NCBI GenBank assembly: GCA_030295235.1 | Contig: AP026136.1 | Coordinates: forward strand, 62,001-126,000 | Direction of reading: 5' to 3' | Length of the DNA: 64,000 nucleotides | From: Fistulifera solaris | Lineage: Eukaryota | Shown: positions 27,192 through 38,331 of the stretch, piece by piece | How positions within the stretch are numbered: position 1 is the first letter of the stretch | How the letters are laid out: each line of letters begins with the position of its first letter | Notes under the pieces: model-generated | The model's database searches: none | Told to the model about the DNA's origin: nothing | Seen by the model: only the letters and a program-made list of their open reading frames with translations | Program-made: the position numbers and the translations under genes

Positions 27192-27729
27192 AAGACGTTT
27201 TAAATGACAAGGTTATAAAACCAAATGAATGTCTGGAAAGGTTCAGAGTAGACCACTTAGTTAATTAGTTGCTGATAATGAGTAAAGAAAATTGGTAGAT
27301 CATCATGTCGACAAAAAGCGAGCGCGACCTCGAAGCTTGAAGGGATTCAGTTTGAAATACAGAGCACGTAGTACTTCGGAGTATCACTACAACACTTCTT
27401 TCTTGTCGTACCAGTACAAAGTACACACCACTTCAAAACGTCACAACACGCGCCCACCGCGAACCGCGAAGTGCACATTGTTACTTTTGTTTCTTTGAAC
27501 GACAATCGAGACGTTGATCAACATAGGATCATCATTACCTTGCATTTCTTTGTCTTGCCTTTTCATTTCCTCTCCTTCGCTCTATATTTCTTGATTCTGA
27601 AATAAATAACTTGAATAGATTGCCTGCTTCATTGACTGCTGATTCGTTTCGCACATTCGCTCGAAAGAAAGAAATTGAAAATCCTGCTCTCATCCTCATT
27701 CACTTGTTGCGGAGAGGATATTATTCAAC

Positions 27730-29348
27730 ATGAAGTCTTCCTTCACTTTTTTTCCTTTTCTGGATAATAAACGCAGCTTTTGTGTCTACCTTTCCTTTGC
27801 TGACGGTCGTGAAAACACACACTAGCAGCCCGAAAGCCATCATCTCTACCGCACGGCAATTATCCCCCTCTTCCTCTTCTTCCTCTTCCTCCTCCTCCTC
27901 CTCTTCCTCATCAAGCACCACGGCGTTAGACGCACGAGCGGAGCAATTGATGCAGACAAGTCAAAAACGTTTGGGAAATAAAGTAAAAATTGCCTCGGTA
28001 GCAACACATCGCTTGGGATTGATCGCCACGGAGCATATTGCGAAAGGACAGGATATTGTCGTTGCCCTGCGACAACGACGAAACATTCCCCGTCTTGACG
28101 GTTACGGCAGCGAAGCAAGTCTTTCGCGATATTTTACCCGATTCCTTTGATAGTTGGACGGGTGATGCAGGATTGTTGGCCATGTTATTATTGCATCATG
28201 TGGCACACGATGCGAACACGCCCTCGCCGTTGCGGACGGCTTGGTTGCAGGCATTGCCGACTATCGGAGAAATGGCGCATCATCCGTACTTTTGGTCCGA
28301 AGCCGATCAAGAAATATTACAAATGTCTTCCACGAACAAAATATATCAACGACTCGATGATATGGAAGAAGATTTCGCGTGGTGGAAGAAACAAGTCCTC
28401 GATGTGGATCGACAGCGATTTCCGGAGACAGTGAACGACCAGCCGTGCTTTTCGTGGACGGGCTTTCAATGGGCCATGACTATGATTCAATCGCGTAGTT
28501 TCTTTTTGGATGGTGCCCTGCGATGCATTCCGTTGTTGGATATGTGCAATCATGACGATGCCGCGGAAGAAATTCAGACGGCGAGTGCTGGTGGATTCTT
28601 TGGCAGTGGTGGTAACAAGAATGCGCAATTGATTGCCGACCACAATTACGAAGTAGGACAAGAAGTGTTTTGCTCGTATGGTCCGAAAAGTGCGGCCGAT
28701 TATTTGTTGGAACACGGGTTTTGTCCCGAGCAGTGTTGGAAGACGGCCGTTTCGGAATTGACGTTTGAGATCGATCCGAATGATCGTTTCCGTGACGACA
28801 AGTTGGATATTTTGGAATTTGAAACGTACGACCAAGCACCAATGGATCCTGTGCAAACCTTTGATGTCGTCAGTAGTACGAGTACAGGAACCACACAGAC
28901 CGATGGATCGCCCGATCCGGCTATGATGCAATTTCTGCGTCTGTGCAAGTTGGGCAGTACCGATGCTTTCTTGTTGGAAAGTATTTTCCGTAAAGACATT
29001 TGGGGATTCATGGCGTTACCTGTGAGTGAACAGAATGAATTGGCGGTCGTGAATGCGATTGCTGAAACGTGTCAACGGGCGCTGGATGAATTCAATGAAT
29101 GTGCCGACGATCGAGGTCCTGAAGTGTGCAAGAAACTGCGACAAGCGGAATCGCGGGCCTTGAGCAAAACGATTGCTTTCGTGCAAAGAGAAAAGGAAGC
29201 TTTGGATTTGAAAGAATACTATCAAGAGCGTCGATTAAAAGACTTGGGATTGGATTCTGAATGGTCACCCGAGGATGACGATATGGTGGGAGATGATTTA
29301 AGCTTTGGGCAAACTAGAGCACCCGGTGGTGCCGATTATGATTGGTAA
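27730..29348 (+). CDS. SET-domain Rubisco LSMT-like lysine methyltransferase, probably plastid-targeted; 2 frameshifts near the 5' end
   Basis: GLIATEHIAKGQ, SRSF, PLLDMCNH, EVFCSYG and a C-terminal YYQERRLKDLGL typical of LSMT. Confidence 0.85.
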
Positions 29349-29472
29349 TGAGTTTAGTTGGCTATGCACTTCTTAATGTGTGATGTATGTCTTCTAGTTG
29401 ATGAACGTAGACATCGAAGCTTGCAAATAAGCGAAGGCTCACTACTACTTCTATCTCGCGAAGCATATTCAT

Positions 29473-29650
29473 TCATGACGGAAAAGCAGTCGTGACGAAA
29501 AACGGAGTAAATACCTGTTAAAGCGACCCCCGAAGCTTTTCGATATCTTGAATAAAAATAAGCTTTGCAAATATTACGGTCGTCTTTTGCAACAAAAATA
29601 GCTTAATGAGACGAATATTGTCGTGGAAGAAAAGGTCGCCTACACTATAG
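29473..29650. repeat. Dispersed intergenic repeat, copy 2
   Basis: tcatgacggaaaagcagtcgtgacgaaaaac...agtaaatac...ttcgatatcttgaataaaaa...aaatattacggt matches 19924-20060. Confidence 0.6.
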
Positions 29651-30000
29651 GTCTAATTCGCCCGCCTTGCGCGGTAAGAATGGATTCATGGGTTATAAAT
29701 GCTATTGAATTGATTTGTTTATCATCAAGGAGTTGTACACTTGTTCAAGCGCGCAGGATGGACGAAAGGCAATGATGCTAGAGTAAGGATCCAAATATTA
29801 TGAATCATGACTGAGCTTCGTCGTGGTACCAGGTAAAGTTAATACAACACTTTTCTCCTATGTATCTTTGAGACGCGTAACGACATGATATCACGAAATC
29901 CTCCCCCGAACGAGAAAACGCAACGAAAAAGGAAATAAATGCGAGGACAATGAGAAGGAAGAGAATTGCAAAAGAAGTCAAGGATAACGCGTTCACAATC

Positions 30001-31383
30001 ATGCTTCTCCTTCCTTTTCTTCTTCTTGGGATGAGCGTGGCGTCGGGCAGCGCCTTTGTCCTTCCGCAAACGCTTTTAGCAATGCCAATTACGCGTTCTC
30101 TCCCGACACGTCTTCAGAGTCTCTTAACACCAACAACGGCAACTGCTGCCACCGCATTGACGTCTTCTGCATTAATGGGAATGTGGATGGAACGTCAAAA
30201 TCCGAATTCAGGTATTTTGACGTCTTTGATGGTTTCTTCTTTGGTGTTTTCTCGGATGGCTCCGGCCCATCATTTTCTCTATGATCGATGTTGGGATACT
30301 TTCTTACCCGCTTCCTTGGCTTTGCTGTTCATGGGAATGCCACAAAGCAATCAAGATATCAATCAACGAGAAGAAACTATTGATATTTCTCACCGGAAGG
30401 AACATCATTCGATTCGCACTGTGGTTCGTCGTTTGGCTGGGCCGTTTATGCTGGCTTCCATGGGATCTTTGATCGGTTGTACTACGGCGTTCTTCGTGTG
30501 TCGCGGTATGTTCTGTTCAAGCGATGCCGCCTGGGCCGGTGCTTGTTTGTCAGCTTCGTTTGTGGGCGGGTCGGTCAACTTCTTGGCCACGGCAGCTTGG
30601 ATTGCTTCTCAAAGAGGAGAATCAGTTACCACTTTGGTTAGTGCCATGACGGCGGCCGATCTCATTGTCATGGCGATTTATTTTGCCATTATGGCCGCCG
30701 CCACACAGTCGGTGTCATTAGAACGTTGGTTTCAGCGAAAGAATAGTCATCAGGATAATCTGGTGGATCCAACACGCACAGCTACTTCTTCAGCAAGTGA
30801 CGAAAATGCCTCGTACTCTACGGTTACATCGGCACTATCTACATTTCACGTTCCTACTGCCTTGCTCATTACCACTATCGCGCTGGCATTGGTACGCGTC
30901 GGACAAAAAGTAGAACTACTCTGTTCCGCTTACATTCCCGGCATGGCGTGTGCCTTTTTAGCAGCCGTCACTCCGGGGATTCGGCGCTATTTGCCCTCAC
31001 AAGCTGCGGCGACGGCACCACCCTTGTCCCAATTTTGTTTCTTGTTGCTGTTTGCCGCAGTGGGAGTGACCGCTGATTTACAAGCGGCACTGCAATCGGG
31101 GCCCTCTTGTATCATCTTTGCGACGGTGGCCCTTCTTCTGCATGGTGTCGTATTAATGGTAGGAGGAAGGTATTTGCTAGCGGGGCGTTCGAAATTAATG
31201 GATTGTCTCATTGCGTCCAATGCGGCCATTGGTGGACCGGCTACGGCGGCGACATTTTGTGGAACTTTGCCGAATAATACACAAGCGCTCACCATAGCTG
31301 CCACAATATGGGGAGTGTTCGGGTACGCCATTGGTACTACCGTGGGCGTCGGAATGTATCGATTCCTTTCGATGTTTACATAA
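30001..31383 (+). CDS. DUF819-family multi-pass membrane protein, plastid-targeted
   Basis: ASFVGGSVNF, AADL and ASNAAIGGPATAA...GYAIGT; bipartite presequence ...GSAF. Confidence 0.8.
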   Translation: MLLLPFLLLGMSVASGSAFVLPQTLLAMPITRSLPTRLQSLLTPTTATAATALTSSALMGMWMERQNPNSGILTSLMVSSLVFSRMAPAHHFLYDRCWDTFLPASLALLFMGMPQSNQDINQREETIDISHRKEHHSIRTVVRRLAGPFMLASMGSLIGCTTAFFVCRGMFCSSDAAWAGACLSASFVGGSVNFLATAAWIASQRGESVTTLVSAMTAADLIVMAIYFAIMAAATQSVSLERWFQRKNSHQDNLVDPTRTATSSASDENASYSTVTSALSTFHVPTALLITTIALALVRVGQKVELLCSAYIPGMACAFLAAVTPGIRRYLPSQAAATAPPLSQFCFLLLFAAVGVTADLQAALQSGPSCIIFATVALLLHGVVLMVGGRYLLAGRSKLMDCLIASNAAIGGPATAATFCGTLPNNTQALTIAATIWGVFGYAIGTTVGVGMYRFLSMFT

Positions 31384-31452
31384 ATTGTACAGATAGGTAC
31401 ACAAGTGACGCAGTGCGTTACAACGGTTAATCTAATTATACTGGATGTTGTC

Positions 31453-33943
31453 TTAAAACGGCACATCGCGAAAATCATCGGGATGAGGCACTTGAACTTT
31501 CGAGCCCGCTGACCATCGCGAATTCGCTGCGGCAGGACGTCGTGTACGTTTTACTCCTTCCAGTCGCGCAGTGAAACGCTGTTTCAAATCTCGAAATCCC
31601 ATTTCGTCATAAAAAGCTATAATTCGATTTTCATTCATGGGTTCCATACGTAGCTCACTCACTTGACGTTGACCTTCCGGGAAGGTCATGTCCTCTACGG
31701 GCAAGTCACCAACTAACGTCACCAGTGCTTTGGAAAGGCGCGCTTGTTCCAAATGCTCTTCTAGTTTCGAACGCCGCGCCTTTTGTTGTACATCTTGGAC
31801 ATGGTCCAATAGGTACTCCAATGACCCGAATTCTCGGATCAAATCGGCAGCAATTTTCGGGCCAATACCCGGCACACCCGGAACATTGTCTGCCACATCG
31901 CCTGCTAATGCCAAAACATCACCAAGCTGCTCGGGTGTAACATTCCACTTTTCTATGACCTGAGTCGAGGTCACGCGCTCCATTTTCATAGGATCAACCA
32001 TATGAATGACCGTAGGACCATCATCTCGAATCAGTTGCATCAAATCCTTGTCACCCGAAAGAATGTGCACGTCGAGACCTTCGCGTTGCGCCATTCCTGC
32101 CAGTGTTGCAATGACGTCATCCGCTTCGTAATTCGATGCTTCAATCATGGGCATACCGTAGGCCAGTCCAGCCTGTCGGATAAGGCTAAATTGTGGAATT
32201 AAATCCATGGGTGCCTCCGCTCGATGTGCCTTGTATTCATTGTATAGCTCGTGTCGAAAGGTTTTGCCTTTGGCGTCAAAGACCAAAACAATGCGGGGTT
32301 GTTCTCCTTGTACCATGCGATTCAATATCAATCGGTTTAACATGTTACAAAAATCCCATGACAGCACCTGTTGGCATTCCATCGGATCGATGTATGGGTG
32401 GCATGGAATAATACGCACGGTAGATGTAAGCCGAGGCATCGACCAGTAAAAGTGGATCACCACTCGCGGTTTTACTGGTTGTTTCTGTCGTCCCGGATGA
32501 CGACGACGAGACCGGTGTCGACTGCATCGCGCTTTTCACGCGCGTTCCTTTCACCACGGCTTGTTGTTTCGACGACTGTTTCCGAATCCTTTGTTGCAAG
32601 CGCCGATATTGCAAAATCAAATCAGCCATGCGATTGCCACTCGCCGCCTTTGCTTCCAAAGCTTCCTTGTTGGTGGATTCTCCCGGAATTCCAAAGACCG
32701 CCATGGAAACTTGAGAAAGCGAATTGATATTGAATGGCTCATTGTTGTTTTGTTGATAAATTTGCTCCGTAACTTGTTGCAGTTCCATTTCCAGTACATC
32801 CACCGGAGAACGGGTGCCTGTTCCGAGTGACGCTTGAGCTAGCAAAGCACGTTTTTCTGGATCATTCTTAAGAAACGTGGATGGTGGAGGCGGTGGCCTT
32901 TTTTCAGACGAAAAAGGAGAAGATGATGCTGGTGTATATGTTGGTGGCGTGCGCTTGGAAACAGTCGGTAGATATGAATCATCTTCGTGCGCAGTTCCAG
33001 GAGAATGGGTCACAGCAGCCGGTGTTGGTGACTCCACGACACGTGGCGACTCTGTGGTACTCGCTGCTGTTGTTGAACTAGCGATAGTATAGTCATCGTT
33101 TTTGTGGTTGTTGCTGTCCTGCAACGTCATTTGTGCTCCCAAATCATGTAAGAAATCTAGCAGATCGATAGGTTCGTTGGGTATTTGAATGGGTTTCGGT
33201 GGCTGGGAATATTGCGATTGCGTTTGATTATAGACAACAGGTGCGTTTTGGCTCATCGTCGCCACGTCCGACTGTAATAGCTGTTGCTCTGGCACTGTTA
33301 CTGGCTCCTCGGATGGCGAAGACTCGACAAATGTATTTTCTTTTTCGTTTTGTGCCCGGTAAGTAAAAAAGTCATAAACAGGAAGATTGTTGATTGTGGA
33401 TGATGATTGTGGATTCGCTTTTTGTTGCTGAACATTTACCGACCCTGTAGAAGACTGCGGCGACGAAACAGTACGGATTACTGGAGAGGGTCGAGGAGGA
33501 GATACTTGAGATGAAGATACTCGCGACGGAGCATTGCTTGGTGTCACTGACGGTGATGCGCGGTTCACCGTCGCTAGAATGGGTCTTTCCGCGGATTGTT
33601 GTTTGCTTGTTGTTGTTACTTTGGCAACCGCTCTTTGTTGCGATTGCAGTTGACTCCTATTGTATTGTTCTTCTTGTCGCATCATTTCTTCCATTTCTGC
33701 TACATCCGGTTCGTAGTCGTAGGCACCACTCAAACCAACTTCCTCCCCATAGCTATCCCATTCGAATGCGGGTCGTCGATTATGTTCAGGCGGAGATGAA
33801 GCAAGAAATGATCTTGTTGCTTTTGATTGAAAAGGACGCGTTTTTGTGAAAGAAAAGGCGAAAGCCCCTTTCGTTTTCAACGTAGCAGCAATCATGACGT
33901 AGCAACAGAAATACAATGAAGAACCACGAAGCAACACGTTCAT
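31453..33943 (-). CDS. Pol I-type 5'-3' exonuclease/flap nuclease (organellar OEX-like), no complete polymerase domain; frameshift near 32350
   Basis: LLLVDASAYIYRAYY, PTGAV, VFDAKGKTFRHELYNEYKAHR, YEADDVIATLA, SGDKDL, LAGDVADNVPGVPGIGPKIA (H3TH). Confidence 0.88.
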
Positions 33944-34899
33944 GGCCCTTAGAAACAGAGAGAAGTTGTATTGATACTTTGTATTCAAACTTAATAGTTG
34001 ATTGAATGATAATGAATACAAATAAGTGCGCATTTTTCACGTTGGAGCAAATAAACATAAACGAGCCTTACTCGTGTCTGAATTCCAGTCATGGTGAAAA
34101 ACGAACACTTTGGACTAATAATACTTGCGGTTAGATTTTAGTCGTAACGAATACATTGAATGATTGCAATGTTCCTAACCAGCATTATAGTCTATAGTCG
34201 GACAATCTGGTTTTTAGAAAATGAATGCAATCGAAGGAAGTGACCTTGAAGAAAAGAATATTGGCTCTCAGAGCTCGTGACGTAACAGCTCCCCCACTCC
34301 ATCTCCATAGGAGGGTACCAACTGTGAGCTTGCTTGTATCGTGGTGGTAGCTCGACCAGCAGTTATGTTCCGGACTTGTCATGAGCTAATAAACTCCGAA
34401 GATTTCCATAAAATCCAGCTTCGTGGATATCGAAACGCACACTTGGGACTGTAGTAAACTTGGATGAACAAGATTCCGTTTGCTTTTCGTCTTACATGAT
34501 CAGCTAAGGGGGTGCGTTGCGATTTTAGCTCACTGGGGTCGTTACCTACGAGCTTCTAATGATAAAGCTATCCTAGAAACAGTTGCGATCGATTGGAAAG
34601 ATTTCGTATAGCCATGCTTCCAGCTTCCATTCAAGGACTACTTTGTAGTTTGTATTTTTGAAGTTTGATCATTGCCTCCAACAATCGTAGAGAGCCGTGG
34701 CATTGTATCAATCTTTCTCTAAAAAGTTATTGTGTCGATGTGGGGGTTGTTTGTTGCTATCACTGGCTTGCGGCTGATGGTGGAAACAGAGCGCCGATAG
34801 AGTGTTTTGTTCGCACGAGTGCACCAAATTAAATGTCCCTTGTGGAAAGTACGTACGTTGATTGTGGCAGAGCCCGTGAGAGGCGGAAAAGTTAAGGTT

Positions 34900-35196
34900 A
34901 ACACCACACGCCCATATTTTCCGGGTACGTGAAAACACCCCTCCCCCATATTTTCTGCGTAAGTAAAAACACCACACCCCCATATTTTCCGGGTACGTGA
35001 AAACACCTCTCGCCCATTTTTTCTGGGTAAGTGAAAACACCACACTACCATACTTTCTGGTTACGTAAGAACACAACAATCCCATATTTTCTGCGTACGT
35101 GAAAACACCACACCCCCATATTTTCTGGGTAAGTGAAAACACCACTCGCCCATATTTTCTGCGTACGTGAAAACACGACATGCCCATATTTTCTGG
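34900..35196. repeat. Minisatellite, about 9 x 34 bp (AAAACACCACACSCCCATATTTTCTGSGTACGTG)
   Basis: Units start at 34932, 34966, 35000, 35034, 35068, 35102, 35136 and 35170, plus a partial unit at 34900. Confidence 0.95.
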
Positions 35197-35989
35197 TATA
35201 GTAGTAGTATCAATGACCTGCAGCGAGTCATTTAACATACATTCGACTAAAGTAAAGGCCAAAATAAGTCTATGGATTCTCAAAAATCCGACCCCCACAC
35301 CCACACCCCCTTGTCACAGCGAAAGTAAAACTTTTCGGATTATTTCGACGAATGAAACGTCTATTAGTGTAGAAAAGGGTGTACACATCGGTACAATGCA
35401 ACAGTCAGGGCTTAATTCCCGCATCTTCCTGTCATCTGTGATCGTCGATCGTCTGTCGTCTGTGCACTGGGAGACACGGGAACGCACCTCTGCTTGGTAC
35501 ATTTCTCTACGGGGGCCTACGCGAAAGTACACAATTTCCCGCACCGTCCTGTGTACTGTGCACTTTTTGTCGAGATCGCATGAATTATCTCGGATGCTCC
35601 GTACTGTCATCGCTACTTGTGGGAATGACGAAAATGACGTCAATTGAACATATAGCTGCAGCTGCAGGTGGCAGGTGGCAGGCGTGGCCATGGAGCATGG
35701 AGTACAGAAAGAACGATTGCGTAGTATTGCGTATTGCGTAAGAATAACTCCGAAAGGAAGGGTATAATTGATTTTATTTGCTACTGTATCTTAACTTTCT
35801 TACGTTTCAACAGATGATCCAATCACAACTCACCAAATCACCAAATTCAACATTCAGAAACACTTTAGCCCTCTAGAAACGTCACTTCCCCGGGAAACTT
35901 CACACATCTCAACATTCTCCATCGTCAAGGCTCCCGTCCATGCAACACAATTCAAAAGCTGCTCAGTCTCATTCAAGTATTTCTCCCTC

Positions 35990-36310
35990 ATGAAGTCTTT
36001 CGCTTTTGTTTTTGCTGCAACGCTTCTCTTGGCTTTCGTTGGGAGCAATTGCCACCTGGCCATGGCGAAGGAAGTAAAAGACAAGTCGTACCTATCGGCT
36101 GTGGGCCCCGATCGCGAGTTGGGATTTTACTTTAGAAAATGCGAAACCTTTCTCCCCTGTGGTAGTAATAAAGAAGCATACAGAGTTTGCTACTACGGTT
36201 TGACAGCCGACGCGGAGCCTCAGACAACGTGCTGGAGAAACACTCCCGTCCAAAACTTTCTGGCAAACTCTCTCCGTCTTCTACGTCGGCTCCCGTTGCG
36301 GCGGCTGTGA
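35990..36310 (+). CDS. Small secreted Cys-containing peptide precursor
   Basis: Clear signal peptide MKSFAFVFAATLLLAFVG, then REL followed by a Cys-containing segment. Confidence 0.55.
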   Translation: MKSFAFVFAATLLLAFVGSNCHLAMAKEVKDKSYLSAVGPDRELGFYFRKCETFLPCGSNKEAYRVCYYGLTADAEPQTTCWRNTPVQNFLANSLRLLRRLPLRRL

Positions 36311-36746
36311 TATGGCGAGTATTTGAATATGTACACAAGCAATAACTACTATGGACTACATTTTTATTGGAATTGAAGTGATTTCTCGTGTGTACTGGTA
36401 TTACTTTTCTCATTTGCATACTTTGTCCCTTTCAATGGCTGGGAATAAAGAATGGCTGGGCAAAAAAACAATCTGAAGATTGTTTAGATTGTGTATGCAA
36501 TCTTCTTCAGACCATCAAGTGGGTCGTCGACCTTCAATTTCTTCTCCTAGGAAATAAAGAGCGTACCATAGCCGAGTGTATTTATCAGCTGTTCGTGAAA
36601 ATGAGATACCGAGCACGCGGAATACACACGGCGAAGGGTGCAGGCAATTGTTGCAATTCCGCCTTCATGCTTCACATATATTAAGTGAACCAGTTGTAAC
36701 TGCCTTCGAGACCGACACTTCCTAAATCTTATTCTTTGCGACGCTT

Positions 36747-37503
36747 CTACGGCTGCAATAGCGTTTGCAATAATTGTTGCTGATTTTGAATCATCATCTG
36801 GATTTGTACTTCCTCTTCTTTGGTCCAATTGCAATAATTGTTGTTTCGTGGGGTCTTTCGTCGTCGTTTCTGTTGATCGGAATCCTCGTCATCGTGAGCA
36901 GGCACGGAACGTTTCTTCTTCATCTTTGACGTCGACAAACGACTTCGCAAGGCATGACTAACCTTTTCACGCGCATACTCCATGTCCACTTCTCGATACA
37001 AATCAGTTTCTGTGTCTTTGATTAGAAAGCTATTGAGAAAAAGGTATAGAATTCAGCTGATGAGTCCAATGCACACATAGTAGTCCGTAAGGTAAATAAA
37101 TCAGAAAAAGAATGAACACTCACCGAGAAGGAGAGGGTCCATTGCACAATGCTTGCACAACTTCAGCGGTGATGCGTGCTTTGTCATCACGCTTAAGGGT
37201 GCTTTGATATTCCTCTCGACGCGCCACAATCATGCGGCGGAATTTCTGATTCCCCGCGTGTGCGCAAATGCTTTTGCCTCGTCCACAGACAATATCGTGG
37301 TCGCTGGGCTGCGAGAACCACGTTTGTGGTGCCGTTCTTGTCGGTTCGATGGTTGTTGACATTGAAGGGTGCGAAAGAATTGTCGACGGTCGAACATGTG
37401 TCACGAAAGTAGGCGAGGATGCGATCGGAATTTCCTCGTGCAAAGTCGACGACGACGTTAAGGAACCTGAAAGGCAATTTGTCGACAAATTGGTATCTTT
37501 CAT
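36747..37503 (-). CDS. DUF6824-type diatom protein; intron 37030-37123
   Basis: DIVCGRGKSICAHAGNQKFR, K..I..E, spliced RFL, and AREKVSHALR. Confidence 0.82.
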
Positions 37504-37629
37504 GGTTTTATGATTGTAAGTAACAATACAATGATTGTTTAATTGTTGCTATGTTTGTTCGGTTGACACCACCTGAACGGACTATGATGTGGAGTGTACA
37601 AATTGACTTGTGGAACCCGGTATGATGTT

Positions 37630-37822
37630 GCAAGTGGTGTTTGCCCATCCACAGAAAATCTGTAAGTTTGGTATTTTCAAGTTCACAGAAAATCTGTGAG
37701 GGTGGTATTTTTATGTCCATAGAATTGTCTTCCTGTACACAGAAAATCTGTGAGTGGGGCGTCTTCATTTACACAGAAAATATTGGGACGTAGTATTTTC
37801 GCATTCACAGAAAATCTGTGGA
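37630..37822. repeat. Degenerate 34-bp minisatellite, inverted homolog of 34900-35196
   Basis: CACAGAAAAT at 37650, 37684, 37738, 37772 and 37806 (34-bp spacing apart from one 54-bp interval). Confidence 0.85.
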
Positions 37823-38066
37823 TTTGACATCTTCCCCTCAAAGATCTACAGGTTCAAGCGGTAACGAATTGGAGGGTATCGACATTGATCATGCCTGTCG
37901 CCAATCCCACAAATCATCGAATCCAGGACTTCACTTCCTTCTCTTCCTTCGCAATCTGGCAATACAATACTCATTAATTCGTAGAACCCTTTTGTTAACG
38001 AATAACGGATTGTGCAGAACGAGAACGAGACAGCAATAAAAATTGTACCAGTAGTGTGGTCATCAT

Positions 38067-38331
38067 TATAGTTCGACACTCTCAAAAATACCAAATAACG
38101 AATATCGATATTCACGTTATAATAGCGTATTATAACAGAGTCATTTTTCCCAATATCGATATTTGTCGATATTCGTACGCCTGACAGACGGATTTTTAGG
38201 CACTTTAAGCTAAAATGGGTCTATTTTGCGGGCGAAGACAGACGGTCGCCGGTATTAATATCGGTTATTATATTGTATAATACGATATTGATATTCGTAA
38301 AAATCCAAATATCGATATTTGTCGAACTATA
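38067..38331. mobile_element. Non-autonomous MITE, hAT-like (12-bp TIR, 8-bp TSD)
   Basis: TIR TATAGTTCGACA (38067-78) / TGTCGAACTATA (38320-31); TSD GTCATCAT at 38059-66 and 38332-39; internal AATATCGATATT repeats. Confidence 0.85.

Noticed and set aside
34900..35196. Possible CRISPR array
   Set aside because: The units are head-to-tail 34-mers with no unique spacers, there are no cas genes, and the context is eukaryotic. It is a minisatellite.
34708..35304. 198-aa minus-strand ORF (and 34719..35051)
   Set aside because: These are translations through the minisatellite. The 34-bp period cycles frames and no domain signal is present.
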